IMG/VR virus record: IMGVR_UViG_3300027777_000042
Location: 1 to 57,531 of that record
Strand: one strand, 5' to 3'
Length of the DNA: 57,531 nucleotides
Source: a virus
Lineage: Duplodnaviria > Caudoviricetes
Shown piece after piece: positions 19,601-28,933 of the stretch (its first letter is position 1; each line of letters begins with the position of its first letter). A program made the translations under genes and the position numbers. The notes beneath the pieces were generated by a model. It did not search any database. It was not told the origin of the DNA and was given only the letters and a program-made list of their open reading frames with translations.

Positions 19601-21885
19601 TTCTTGCCTGATGCATCTTGCCGCATATCAGAAAATTCAACTAACCCAACAGGCATACCAGTTTTACTATCCCTTAGTGATCCAAATTTAGTATCACCAT
19701 TCATTGCATTACTAATAAACCCAGTGAGATTCTTTCTAGTTGTTTCAGAAAAACGTTTACCCCATGGGTTTTCTGCTGATTGTGTAGAAATATCTGTTAG
19801 TGGCAAGTAATTTCTTTCTGCGCCTGTGAATGTATGTTTATGTGATGGTCTATCAATACCTTTTGCAACACAATGGTCTAGTATTTCAGTTTCACCGCTT
19901 AACCAAAACTCAATCTCTTCTGGTGACATGTTGCTATCAATTTCTTTGACGTGTGCATTCCCAAAATGATTTTGTGGTGGTATTGTGCTTAAATCATCTT
20001 TGTAAATAGAACTGATTTTTTCTTTTCTTGCCACTAATGATTTTTTAGCTTCAAGTTCTTTAGCTATCCGTTCTTTAGTGACATCCCTAACAAGAGCATC
20101 GATGGGTGTTCTTGCCAATTCTTTTTCTGTCATCTTACCTGTTAACAAACGGTTGTATATTTCATCCCCGATTTGCTTAACGCCTAATCTGTGTAATGCA
20201 CCAGCTCTAACGTCATATACAGTTGTGTGTGGTTGAGTGTTAACAAGGTGCTCAAGTTGTGGGTAAAACTGACGCTCAGGTGGGGGAATCTTGCTCCACA
20301 TCTTTTCTGCTGTCATACCGCGCAATGCATCATCAGCCATGTTTTCATAGTTATGCGCAATCTTAAGGTTGTCCATATCAGTATGCGCACGCTGTAAAGC
20401 TGTGTTTACTTTTTCTAATGCTTTAATATTTTCTTTTGCACCTGGATATGTCATCGGTCTGGCATAACCTTCAGACACCGCTTGTTGGTGTAACTTATCT
20501 CTAGTCTCTTGGCGATCATCAGATTCTTTTTGCAACTTAGCGATTTCTTCTTGCTTTTTAACTATTTTAGGCGTAACCGTACCTAGTGGCATATTAGGGT
20601 TAAACTTGGTTCTTGCATGCTCAATATCTTCATTTGGTGTAGACATGCTTGCAAGATCATCACTTGCACGCATTGTAATGCCTTTTAATGCTTCATTTAG
20701 CAATGGATCTTTTTCAGTACCTAAATATTTTGAAATGTACTGCTTAAATGGGCCAGTTAATGCATTAACACCTTTTTGATGATTCTCAGCAAGTTGGTCA
20801 ACGCTGATTAAGCCATTTGCTGTTGCAAATTCATTCATCATGTTTTTCATGTAATCATCATGTTCTCGCCCAGGGTATTTATAATCAACAGCTCGTTCTG
20901 CATCATTAGCACTAAGATTTGGAAATTCTTCTTGTGCTTTTTGCCGTTTAAAATTTTCAAATGCTTCGTGGTGATTTTCGCCTATGACATGATACCTATA
21001 TAGTGCATTAGCACTGTCTTGATCAAGTACTGGACCGTACGGCAAAATATCCCTAATTACCTCATCCATACCGCCACGATCTAGACTGACTTTCTGTGTT
21101 GTCGCCGATAGCATTGGTGAACCTTCAGGTCTAACGGCATATAAATTAGTTCTAGGCTGTAATTCAGCGGGAATTCCTGGCACAGGTGGTAAACCTTGCA
21201 TTTGGCGTTTAGCCATAATGTCACCAATACTATCGGCAACACCTTGTGCTTTAACACCTAGTGTAGGTTCGCCCAGTATGTTTTGTTTTTGAATACCTGA
21301 TTGTGCATTCCTAAAATCTTGTGGTAAATCCCTTAACTCACCACCTACGATCTGAGCTTTACCAATAGCCGCTCTTACATCACTAGGCGACACTAAAGGT
21401 CTACGTTCTTCAAGCCCGGTCATATTACCAATAATGCCGCCTCTAGGTGACATTGGCAATATAGGAATGTCAGGTGCTTTTTTGGCTAAATAATCTTCAA
21501 AATTCTGGCCAAGCGGAGTTTGTGCAGGTTGCATGTGCATCTGATTAAACCTATTGGCTAAATCAGTTGCTGTGTTAAGACCTGTTCTGTTAACTTCACC
21601 TGTTTGTGCATAATTACTAATGTCATTAGCAACGTCAGGCACGGATCTAACAAGACCTTGTGCCGCACCAAGTGCACCAACAGCAGGGTTTATCACCGTA
21701 GTCCTTGCAAGATCCTGCAAAGACTTCATAACCATTAAAGGATTGTAGTTAGTGGCTACATGCTTTACTTTATTAATCGCTGAATGTAACGGGCTATTTC
21801 CACTAGGTTGTGCTAAAGGTTGATCTACAGGCGCATCGTCTTCATAACCGATTTGATTGCCCATTGCATCAGTTAGTATAGCCAT
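16612..21885 (-). CDS. Very large multidomain protein with a PcfJ-like region
   Basis: 1757 aa; E-x3-LDHCV...SLRD..G.P...VE pattern around 19540-19960; Q/P-rich linkers and repeated helical units. Confidence 0.55.
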   Translation of the reverse strand: MAILTDAMGNQIGYEDDAPVDQPLAQPSGNSPLHSAINKVKHVATNYNPLMVMKSLQDLARTTVINPAVGALGAAQGLVRSVPDVANDISNYAQTGEVNRTGLNTATDLANRFNQMHMQPAQTPLGQNFEDYLAKKAPDIPILPMSPRGGIIGNMTGLEERRPLVSPSDVRAAIGKAQIVGGELRDLPQDFRNAQSGIQKQNILGEPTLGVKAQGVADSIGDIMAKRQMQGLPPVPGIPAELQPRTNLYAVRPEGSPMLSATTQKVSLDRGGMDEVIRDILPYGPVLDQDSANALYRYHVIGENHHEAFENFKRQKAQEEFPNLSANDAERAVDYKYPGREHDDYMKNMMNEFATANGLISVDQLAENHQKGVNALTGPFKQYISKYLGTEKDPLLNEALKGITMRASDDLASMSTPNEDIEHARTKFNPNMPLGTVTPKIVKKQEEIAKLQKESDDRQETRDKLHQQAVSEGYARPMTYPGAKENIKALEKVNTALQRAHTDMDNLKIAHNYENMADDALRGMTAEKMWSKIPPPERQFYPQLEHLVNTQPHTTVYDVRAGALHRLGVKQIGDEIYNRLLTGKMTEKELARTPIDALVRDVTKERIAKELEAKKSLVARKEKISSIYKDDLSTIPPQNHFGNAHVKEIDSNMSPEEIEFWLSGETEILDHCVAKGIDRPSHKHTFTGAERNYLPLTDISTQSAENPWGKRFSETTRKNLTGFISNAMNGDTKFGSLRDSKTGMPVGLVEFSDMRQDASGKKTYQIGYATQHHNKDIDPQYRNSLRDYLNAKSDEIRNMDTTDKSGVYDTKALSARFLAGKANMSEEAFRIASEAHGLPRFVTQEDLMDLKNHNPPPASVVAVRRQHGNNDRLHELEATRRQLDDDLNELDRNDFPSEEDYLDARHDLEDRMRDATQRHINLTRRLEQEHPGLTNNARYLIGAGDPLVPIPNILASTNNYRIHTAYRRYLQDLYDEGLNNEDIEQSLITSTHEINYGRVAPTDHDLNTDAELAELGHMLEAHSDAVQYYFLQNENMPQRQGAQQAIQPYQFPDIAGLRQEIPLLGHLNDAAVETIHDVATSIINGNANPTHGRRSIEQVISTLQGGINFAGTRTSFDREGVATALQHYLDRTDPAQQQPVQQLAQQPAQQPAQPYREPTELQRVIAGMQNTPTTRLRDAMGDHQANEVDILANDLFGSYDHREVANIIHSLRTGTPAIGDDAYSTFSMRQRELLARELERRLPVPEPQPNNEPTELQRVSFQGALFGNSIFEDNIRGGIDNVDSTIYALHSDVFDHPTIRNLTGADRRQFIQSAIQEMTRLADEHDLDAHRQPMASVSNAYIAHHPAAVRVYNDIIAVLPENASLQGIHDHLTHYVDGITNVDDIDLPAYGIQSTRDVAPIIQMLDEHIRSVDLALAAYESRRATPNLLEPDDQHGANQPELGVNPAYQIETVQTSLPAPVIDFLEAFFRNNNIDSHPENILEESYRDLLEQIEDRERGTLWELTPRQREEALSHVDTVMQNMGLNVDTGDWEVDNQHGANQPAQAPEPQNINAAITQAYTEPLQLATTPVSYSMMGAAIEHVNTMANNMFGQGYTPSEIAQSAINRFTNIRNDIVRSTPEALRINRTEYDDYLSMLRRAIDHLGPYVQFEQQAPIPEAVQQHIANADVLPRRIQTAALADLQGELSTREINEAREFAARVAHPNNANTPTDLRAIAQTARQYSAGQPWRVFNPAQRELLARALEQHATDIELRQQP

Positions 21886-22946
21886 TATTTACTCTTCTTC
21901 TCAGTTTTATTTTTATTGGCTTTCTTTTCTTTTTGTGCTTGTTCCCATGACTGATCAAGATAATTACTAAACTCTTCAGGTGTTACTAAGCTTTGAAATT
22001 CAAAAGATCTATCACCTTGTTTAGGCTTTAACCCTAGTTCTGCAAACTTAGGTTCGTATGATCTTGGATCGTACTTATAAAACTCAGACATGTTATCATA
22101 TAGTTCTTGCTCATCATAGTCATATTGGTGCAAGTTGCGTAACACATCAACCATTTCATGTGGTTTTAAGTTGTGAGTTAGCTGATGTTGCATATGAATG
22201 TACAACTCATGCGCATCTTTATTAGATATATCATCTGAAGAATACTCGTTGTATTTTCCATTTGGTGTATTAGCCAACGCATCCATTGAATCAAGTTTCT
22301 CTTTTGGTATACGATCTTTTAAGTAGTCACGAGCTAATAACCATGCACTTTGTGCCACTGCCTGTGGCTCTTGCTCATATGCATCATTAAATGCATGATG
22401 AATAAAATCACCAAGATGAAAGTCAATGTTACCATTCTTTGCAAACGTGGTCTTTGCAACTTCAGTTAATGGCGGCACAATCTCAGGCACAACATCTGCA
22501 ATCTTAGGCGTAGGTAATGCTTGATTCAAAGCAGCTTGACCGGCTTTTTTAAGCACTTCACGTCTAGATACGGGTGTGTTCATGGCTTTAGCGGCCAAGT
22601 CATTTAACGGACTAACAGATGGCGCAGGTGCTGATGTTGGTGCCGGTGCTTGTTGAGGTGCAGGCGCTGGAAAATTAGATGTTGGAACTGGAATATCAAC
22701 AGGTCTAATTGCAGGAACTGAATACTCTGCTTGAGGCGATAATCCAAGAATTGATCGACGTTGTATGTCAATAGGCGGTGCAACTGGCTTAACTGGTTTA
22801 GGCCCTCTGCCAAAAAGCCCTACTTGCTGCATGTAAGGATCTTGACCAAATTGACTAGCACCATCATCATAGACAGGCGGTGGCATCTGACCATTTGCCA
22901 TTAATGAGGCTTTCATATATGGAATATCGTCTTCATTAAGCGGCAT
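21885..22946 (-). CDS. Hypothetical protein with Pro-rich N-half and twin-arginine-like motifs (start corrected to MPLNEDD)
   Basis: ATG at 22946 overlaps the TerL stop region, with GAAGGG upstream; contains SRREVLK and QRRSIL. Confidence 0.55.
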   Translation of the reverse strand: MPLNEDDIPYMKASLMANGQMPPPVYDDGASQFGQDPYMQQVGLFGRGPKPVKPVAPPIDIQRRSILGLSPQAEYSVPAIRPVDIPVPTSNFPAPAPQQAPAPTSAPAPSVSPLNDLAAKAMNTPVSRREVLKKAGQAALNQALPTPKIADVVPEIVPPLTEVAKTTFAKNGNIDFHLGDFIHHAFNDAYEQEPQAVAQSAWLLARDYLKDRIPKEKLDSMDALANTPNGKYNEYSSDDISNKDAHELYIHMQHQLTHNLKPHEMVDVLRNLHQYDYDEQELYDNMSEFYKYDPRSYEPKFAELGLKPKQGDRSFEFQSLVTPEEFSNYLDQSWEQAQKEKKANKNKTEKKSK

Positions 22947-24366
22947 ATGGGTTAACCCTTCTAGGACGTGAATCATCGGCGTAACCGTCTTCCGGATTAT
23001 ACAAATAATCCAACACAAGAAAACCGCTATCACGCAAATATCTTAATGCTTGTGATGTTGAGTCCACTAAGTCATCATGCCGGACTTCAGGGAATGCGCA
23101 CAACTGATTAATCAAAGCATCTGCCCAATCACGAGCCATTCCTTCTCTGACTTGCGACTCAGGTATATATACCAAACCCCGTTGAATAATTGGCGCAACT
23201 ATATTTAACCTTTGCGTTTTATCTGCATTTCCAGGATTGTAAGGACGTACTGGCAACCCAGCTTTCTGCAAATCTTGGATCAATGAAATCCCTGCCGACT
23301 TGTTTTCTATAAGAATCAAATCAACTTTTTTACCCTGCCCAAATTCATCATTATCCCCGTAAATATTTGCAAACTCATCAATTACACGTGGCCGAAGATC
23401 AGGGTACTTCATGTACTCGTCCCAACTGTCTATAAGCATGACCGACATCGGTTTATCTTCAGGCTTAAATACTCCCCACACCGTGCATGCCGTCGGATCA
23501 TTCGTGGTCTTATCCGATGTTGCACAGTCGTAAGATTGCACCACGTAAATAAATGGGGGTAGGGGTGTTTGCGCATCCCACAACTTGAACCATTGTCTCT
23601 TTACAATTCCTGCCTCCTCAGGATCTATCAACTCGGCGTGAATTTCTTGTCTGCCTAATGATGTTCCCTCGTACTGCAAAATCTGCGTCTGAAAAGATGG
23701 GGCTAGGTTCTTTATGTTGTCATACGTAGATGCTGATGTGTAGCATACGTCTTCACCGTCACGATTAACTAGATCGATAATCAAAGGTTTTGGCTTTGGG
23801 GTTGTTGTGCAAATTAACACAGGCTTTTTTCCTAGCCGCATTCCAAACTGCAGCATGTTCCAAGCTTCGTCTAGATAGTGCCATGCAGCAAGTTCGTCCA
23901 GCCAACCACCATGAAACTGAGGTCCCCGAAAACGTTCTGGCTCTGATGCAGCTATGCCCTTAATGATAGAGCCATTCTTTAGTATTACCTCGTGTAAACT
24001 TTTGTAATACGTTTCGATAATTGCCTCGGGAACTACGCTCAAGAGGCCTGAGTCCCCCTCGTAGCAGACGTCTCGAAGGTCCCCTGATGTCGGAGCAGAA
24101 ACCAACCAGCGAGTTTTTGGATGCGTCCAAGCTTCCCACCAAGTCCATTCAGCCGCACACCTTGTCTTGCCTGCACCTCTACCTGCAAGTAAGAGCCATA
24201 TGTTCCACCAATCGCCCTTTGGCGGGATCTGGTGTGGGTTAGCTACTTGGAGCCATTTAAGGCGAGCTTTGATTGCGGCTTTCCATTCAGGTGAAGCATG
24301 CTCTATGCTCGGACCTGTCTTAAGCCTTTGATCTACGTGATCATGGATTGCTTGTGCTACTGTCAT
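22936..24366 (-). CDS. terL: Terminase large subunit
   Basis: Walker A LAGRGAGKT, Walker B WLDE, TTTP coupling motif, nuclease SYDCA and HDDLVDS. Confidence 0.95.
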   Translation of the reverse strand: MTVAQAIHDHVDQRLKTGPSIEHASPEWKAAIKARLKWLQVANPHQIPPKGDWWNIWLLLAGRGAGKTRCAAEWTWWEAWTHPKTRWLVSAPTSGDLRDVCYEGDSGLLSVVPEAIIETYYKSLHEVILKNGSIIKGIAASEPERFRGPQFHGGWLDELAAWHYLDEAWNMLQFGMRLGKKPVLICTTTPKPKPLIIDLVNRDGEDVCYTSASTYDNIKNLAPSFQTQILQYEGTSLGRQEIHAELIDPEEAGIVKRQWFKLWDAQTPLPPFIYVVQSYDCATSDKTTNDPTACTVWGVFKPEDKPMSVMLIDSWDEYMKYPDLRPRVIDEFANIYGDNDEFGQGKKVDLILIENKSAGISLIQDLQKAGLPVRPYNPGNADKTQRLNIVAPIIQRGLVYIPESQVREGMARDWADALINQLCAFPEVRHDDLVDSTSQALRYLRDSGFLVLDYLYNPEDGYADDSRPRRVNPYAA

Positions 24367-24787
24367 CTTGCCTGATGCTGAGTACTTCGTTCATAAGCTC
24401 TTGCGCGAAGTCATGAACTACATCGACCTGAATTGCTCCGTCATTCTTGCCCGTGACTTCGACCTTGCTATTGTCTCGGTACTTTGCTGGGAATCTGGCT
24501 GACATTGACCTAGACCAGAGATTTGCATTCACTTTGGATCCGTTCGGTCTCTCAACTATGTTGTCCATAGCTATCCGTTCCCAAAACGCGAGCTCAAAGT
24601 TTTTCGCGCGCTCCAAGGCCTCCATAAACTCATCGTTGTGCTCAGCCCACAAGTTCAAAGTATTGTAATGAATATCTAGTTCCGCAACAATAGCTTCACG
24701 ACTAAAGCCTTTTTTGCCAAGTTCAACAACTAAGTCGCAGTACTCTGGCTTATATAGCGTAGGTCTTCCGATTTTTTTATCGCTCAT
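24341..24787 (-). CDS. terS: Terminase small subunit
   Basis: GRPTLYKPEYC N-terminus, helix-turn-helix, KVEVTGKNDGAIQ tail; directly upstream of terL. Confidence 0.8.
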   Translation of the reverse strand: MSDKKIGRPTLYKPEYCDLVVELGKKGFSREAIVAELDIHYNTLNLWAEHNDEFMEALERAKNFELAFWERIAMDNIVERPNGSKVNANLWSRSMSARFPAKYRDNSKVEVTGKNDGAIQVDVVHDFAQELMNEVLSIRQDDSSTSNP

Positions 24788-24858
24788 GATAGTAATTGGT
24801 AGAAAATAAAATGCATTCTATCTATTTTTTGGATCGATTACACAATAGTTTTCAGGTC

Positions 24859-25042
24859 AAAGTTACAAAGTTACAAGTTACAAAGTTACAAACATTCTAG
24901 AAACTATTATACGACGACGTTATATCTATATATAAATATTATCTTAAATATTAATGTAACTTTGTAACTTTGTAACTTGTCTTTTATATCAACAACTTAG
25001 CTACATTTCACACGTAACTTTGATGTAACTTTCATGTAACTT
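24859..25042. repeat. Iteron array / probable replication origin
   Basis: Four AAGTTACA copies (24860-24890), an AT-rich core, then five TGTAACTT copies plus one CGTAACTT in inverted orientation (24955-25042), directly downstream of the primase-helicase gene. Confidence 0.75.
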
Positions 25043-25050
25043 GCATAATA

Positions 25051-27144
25051 CTATAGTTCCAATTCTCTTTTTACAACATCATCTGTTTCTTCAGCCAACA
25101 TGCTTAATTCTCCGTAATTGGTAAAGTTACATTTTTTGGCCAATGCATTTGTAACTTTGAAGATGGTAACTCTAGAGCTTTTTCCACGGACTTTTACCAC
25201 TTTACCGGATTCAACTTCACCATAGTTTAACAAAGCTTTCTTAATGTATTGTGCTTTAGCACGGACATCATGACCCCATCTTTCGCAAAGTATTTCCAAA
25301 TGTGTTGGAGTAAATGCAGCAATTCCATCAAGATTCTCAACCACAAAGACACAAAGTTCTTGTGCAAATGCTTCAATCGGACTTTTGCTAGCTTGAATTG
25401 CAATCTGTTTGTACTTAGTGTTGGGTGCAGGCTTTGACGGGTCAAAGTCCGTAATATCACGGTTGTAATACCAATTAAGCACTTTACCGAATCCTTGTTG
25501 TGATCTAGCCCAAAGCATTAAGCTTACCACTTTTGGGTGTGTTTCCAAGTTAGTTAAGCTTTCCGGTTTAAATATGGCTTCCCTTCTTGCACTATCGCCC
25601 ATTCGTGTAATGTAAGGTTTATTTGACGTAAATATAAAGTTCATGAAGTTCTCAATGTTGTATTGAGCTCCATACTTATTATTGATTGCTATTTCACGTC
25701 CAGTAATCATGCTTTTTAACTGAGCCGAATGGTCTTCACGATCCGATGATGGTTCGTTAATCACAATCAGGATTTTATTTTTAAAGATACCGTTAAAATT
25801 GCCAAATAGTTCGTCCGGACCGATGATGATAGCTGGTCCATTTTCACCAAGTCCAAGCATTTCAGCAATGAATTCAGCAACAGCGGACTTTCCAATACCT
25901 TCCACATTACTAACGAATTGTGGTGTGGTGTTGTTTTTCCTGTGAGGAAATTGCACTACATTAGCTACCCAATCGTGCCAATAGTCGGCAAATGCTGGTT
26001 CATCCCTAAAAAAGTACGAACAGAATTCCAAGTATTCAGTCACATCGCCAATTACAGGTTCATGCAACCAGTTACTCAAATAGTTATAACATCCGTCAGG
26101 TGTAATCTTCAAACCTTGGTATTGGGGAAATACACCAACTTTACGGATGTCACACCGTTTTCGCCATTTCTTATACTCTTCAAGCAGTACATATTCCCTA
26201 GTCACTACCTTTGGTGGTTGATTCGGTCTAGTCTGTACTTGTGTAGACTGTAAGAACACATGTTGTGCCGAGTCTATCTTTGCTTTTTGGAAGCTCATGA
26301 TATGACCATCATCTAACCTGATGACATCCCCATTGTACAAGGCGTATTTAGTGCTGAACTCATGAAGCCGAACGTCCAAACTATCTACACCATTCATCAC
26401 AACAGAGGTGCTTGCCAAGACATCAGTCAAAGCTTTACCATCGTTCAAGTGATCATCAATTGCATATTTGGCACCTTTACCCGGTCCAAACCTTCCAACA
26501 CGACACAAATGCACCTCAGCACCAAGACCTCGTAAAACTATGGCTAACTTAGTCTCAGCAAGTGCAACCTGATCATTAGGCTCACCATCATCCTTTGCAC
26601 CATCGTAATCGAAAACAATATAGACCTTCCGATGCGTGACATTGAAATTGGTTTTCCTTTGCCATTGGATTTGCATTAAATCCTTGTGCAAGTGTAAACC
26701 ATTTTTGTCAGTCCATGATGTAACACCGGCAAGCCCAATACAAACTTGCGTCAATTGGTTTGCCATTGCATGTTTAGTAATAGACCAAGTCTTAAATTCG
26801 CCTTCAGTAATTATGATAGGCACATCAACATTGGTAATGATAGATCGCCAATGAACTGTTGGTGGAAAATAGATATGACTGCCACTTGATCTAGCCTGAG
26901 AATATTTCATCTTAGACCGTGGCATCAGCAATCGGACCCTTACGAATCCGGTATCATTTCCATCTATATCAAAATACGGTATTTTTACCGCATGTTCGTA
27001 TGTGTGACCAAGTAAGGATTTTGTAATCTCTTTTTCAAGAAACTGAAGACCAAGACTCTTTTCATCTTGTTCATCAAATTGTCGTTGTTTAAGAAAGTCA
27101 TGGTATAATCCGATCGGTTGTGTTACATGAGACGAAAATCCCAT
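25051..27144 (-). CDS. Primase-helicase (TOPRIM primase plus SF3-type helicase)
   Basis: TOPRIM ITEGEFK and FDYD; Walker A EGIGKS, Walker B VINE, NFIFTSN. Confidence 0.85.
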   Translation of the reverse strand: MGFSSHVTQPIGLYHDFLKQRQFDEQDEKSLGLQFLEKEITKSLLGHTYEHAVKIPYFDIDGNDTGFVRVRLLMPRSKMKYSQARSSGSHIYFPPTVHWRSIITNVDVPIIITEGEFKTWSITKHAMANQLTQVCIGLAGVTSWTDKNGLHLHKDLMQIQWQRKTNFNVTHRKVYIVFDYDGAKDDGEPNDQVALAETKLAIVLRGLGAEVHLCRVGRFGPGKGAKYAIDDHLNDGKALTDVLASTSVVMNGVDSLDVRLHEFSTKYALYNGDVIRLDDGHIMSFQKAKIDSAQHVFLQSTQVQTRPNQPPKVVTREYVLLEEYKKWRKRCDIRKVGVFPQYQGLKITPDGCYNYLSNWLHEPVIGDVTEYLEFCSYFFRDEPAFADYWHDWVANVVQFPHRKNNTTPQFVSNVEGIGKSAVAEFIAEMLGLGENGPAIIIGPDELFGNFNGIFKNKILIVINEPSSDREDHSAQLKSMITGREIAINNKYGAQYNIENFMNFIFTSNKPYITRMGDSARREAIFKPESLTNLETHPKVVSLMLWARSQQGFGKVLNWYYNRDITDFDPSKPAPNTKYKQIAIQASKSPIEAFAQELCVFVVENLDGIAAFTPTHLEILCERWGHDVRAKAQYIKKALLNYGEVESGKVVKVRGKSSRVTIFKVTNALAKKCNFTNYGELSMLAEETDDVVKRELEL

Positions 27145-27182
27145 TGATATGACCTTTCCTTTGTTTTCTTTGCAGTTGTCTT

Positions 27183-27213
27183 AAGGCCCTAGCTCTAACT
27201 AGGGCCTTTTTTT
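27183..27213 (+). terminator. Intrinsic terminator-like hairpin with its U-tract on the plus strand
   Basis: AAGGCCCTAG-CTCTAA-CTAGGGCC-TTTTTTT. Confidence 0.6.
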
Positions 27214-27216
27214 ATG

Positions 27217-28191
27217 TTAGATTGCTACTAGTTCTTCGGCCAAATTAACGGCCATTTCTTTATAAGCTATTCCATCACCAAAAAATGCACGATCAATCCG
27301 CACATCTGAGGTTCTACCTTGATGATGATCGACATATTCTGTAACTGCATTAATTAAACCCCAAACAGTATCTTTAGCGGACTTAAGACTGCTACCTTTT
27401 CCAGCACCATTATATAAAGCCATTAGCTGTTGGCTAATACGCTTCGACACAATAGTTTCACCTTTATCGTTTTCGTATGAAGACACAGTTTGAAAGTACT
27501 TTTCAGCTTGTTCCTGTGTGACATGTGATTCAGTCCAGAATTCTAACCTTGTAAGGAATGATGACCATGAAGTTGCAGCCAAACCAAGTTCAGCCTTAAC
27601 TTTATCATGATCAAATGTTGCACGGTGGTTAACACGAACAACGTTTTTAGATTTGCCTGATGTGGCTTCTTGCATTGCAAAACCTAAAGTGTTATTACAT
27701 ACCACACGAACAGATGTGAACATGGCCGTTGTTGCCATTGAACCATCACATGCTGTACCAAGTAATAAATAACCCTTGATTGTATCATCCATGACTTTAG
27801 CTTCTTTACCCATGGAAGCCAATGCCCAGTATTTTCTACCACCACGTAAAACTCCAGCTGTTTCAAGTTCGAAACCAGCTTTATCAGTAAGATCACGGTA
27901 AAACTCTAAAACTTCTTTTGGTTGTACAACATTGTAAGTCTTTGAAACCACTGTCAAAGCATTACCACTGTCGGAACGAACCAAGACTTTTTTACCGGGT
28001 ACTTTATGTGTATCACCATTAAGACGGTACAAGGCATCATGTTCTTCGATGGTGAAGTCCATACCTGCAGCTTGTTGCCATTGCTCGATGCTTTGACCTG
28101 CTTGCATTTGTTGACCAAGTTTGTGCCAAGGCATATCGCCTTTGTATGCAATTGCTGAAAAACCTTTGGTTGAATCGATTTCGTGTGACAT
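27217..28191 (-). CDS. DUF932-family phage/plasmid protein
   Basis: PWHKLG, ETAGVLRGGRKYWALA, DGSMAT, VRVVCNNTL, TVWGLINAVTEYVDH motifs. Confidence 0.85.
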   Translation of the reverse strand: MSHEIDSTKGFSAIAYKGDMPWHKLGQQMQAGQSIEQWQQAAGMDFTIEEHDALYRLNGDTHKVPGKKVLVRSDSGNALTVVSKTYNVVQPKEVLEFYRDLTDKAGFELETAGVLRGGRKYWALASMGKEAKVMDDTIKGYLLLGTACDGSMATTAMFTSVRVVCNNTLGFAMQEATSGKSKNVVRVNHRATFDHDKVKAELGLAATSWSSFLTRLEFWTESHVTQEQAEKYFQTVSSYENDKGETIVSKRISQQLMALYNGAGKGSSLKSAKDTVWGLINAVTEYVDHHQGRTSDVRIDRAFFGDGIAYKEMAVNLAEELVAI

Positions 28192-28210
28192 AGTGAATCC
28201 TTTTATATTC

Positions 28211-28272
28211 AGAAAGTTAAGTTAATGTGTTTCCACAAGGTTCATTATAACAACATCTGCACAAGTAAACAC
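28211..28272 (-). promoter_or_regulatory. Leftward sigma70-type promoter with GTTTACTT element and TTAACTTT leader
   Basis: Minus strand GTTTACTT-N10-TGTTATAAT ... CTTAACTTTCT ... AAGGA ... ATG. Confidence 0.6.
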
Positions 28273-28450
28273 CTTTTTTAAAAATATATTCAAAATAATT
28301 AATAAATTTGTGCTTATTTATTAGATGTTTAGTATATAATGTCCTTGTGCAATGAATAGCACACCTTATTTTTATGAACTGAAAATAAAGGTATTCAATA
28401 ACAAGTGGTTTGAAAATAAAAGTAAACAACTCAATAAACAAAGGATCAAG

Positions 28451-28834
28451 ATGTCGTATCTTACACATAACGAAATTTTTGTAAACCCAAATGGGACAAG
28501 TCTTAAGGGCAATATTAAATGTGGCTATTACTTATTAGTCACTTTATTTGGCCAACCCCATAAAGCCGATGAATACAAGTCAGATGCTGGTTGGGATATT
28601 CTGTTTTTAGATGATGACAACCACAAAGAAATACGAGCCACAATCTACAATTGGAAAGATGGCTTTAATTACTGTGGTGCCAATGGTATTCAAACAGATA
28701 AAATCACCAATTGGCATGTTGGTGGTAACCACAGTTCAGTCGTAAATAGAATTCAAGAAGTTATTGATACATATATCCTTGATTGTCTTGAAAACACTAT
28801 CACAAATTCTAACAAGCACTTTGAGGAAGCCTAA
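28451..28834 (+). CDS. Hypothetical early protein (start corrected to MSYLTHNE)
   Basis: AAAGGA RBS before the ATG at 28451; GTSLKG...ATIYNWK...WHVGG motifs. Confidence 0.6.
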   Translation: MSYLTHNEIFVNPNGTSLKGNIKCGYYLLVTLFGQPHKADEYKSDAGWDILFLDDDNHKEIRATIYNWKDGFNYCGANGIQTDKITNWHVGGNHSSVVNRIQEVIDTYILDCLENTITNSNKHFEEA

Positions 28835-28932
28835 TGGATTACATTAACATTGACAAAATACTGGATGTGGTTTTAGCAGTGCTTATTGGTATTGTTTTAG
28901 CCATTTGTTTAGTTTCATGGTGGAGTAATTAA
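28834..28932 (+). CDS. 32-aa single-transmembrane peptide (not in ORF track)
   Basis: MDYINIDKILDVVLAVLIGIVLAICLVSWWSN; TAATG coupling and GAGG RBS. Confidence 0.55.
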   Translation: MDYINIDKILDVVLAVLIGIVLAICLVSWWSN

Positions 28933-28933
28933 T

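Noticed and set aside
24859-25042. Possible CRISPR array
   Set aside because: 8-bp units in two orientations with no unique spacers; fits iterons.
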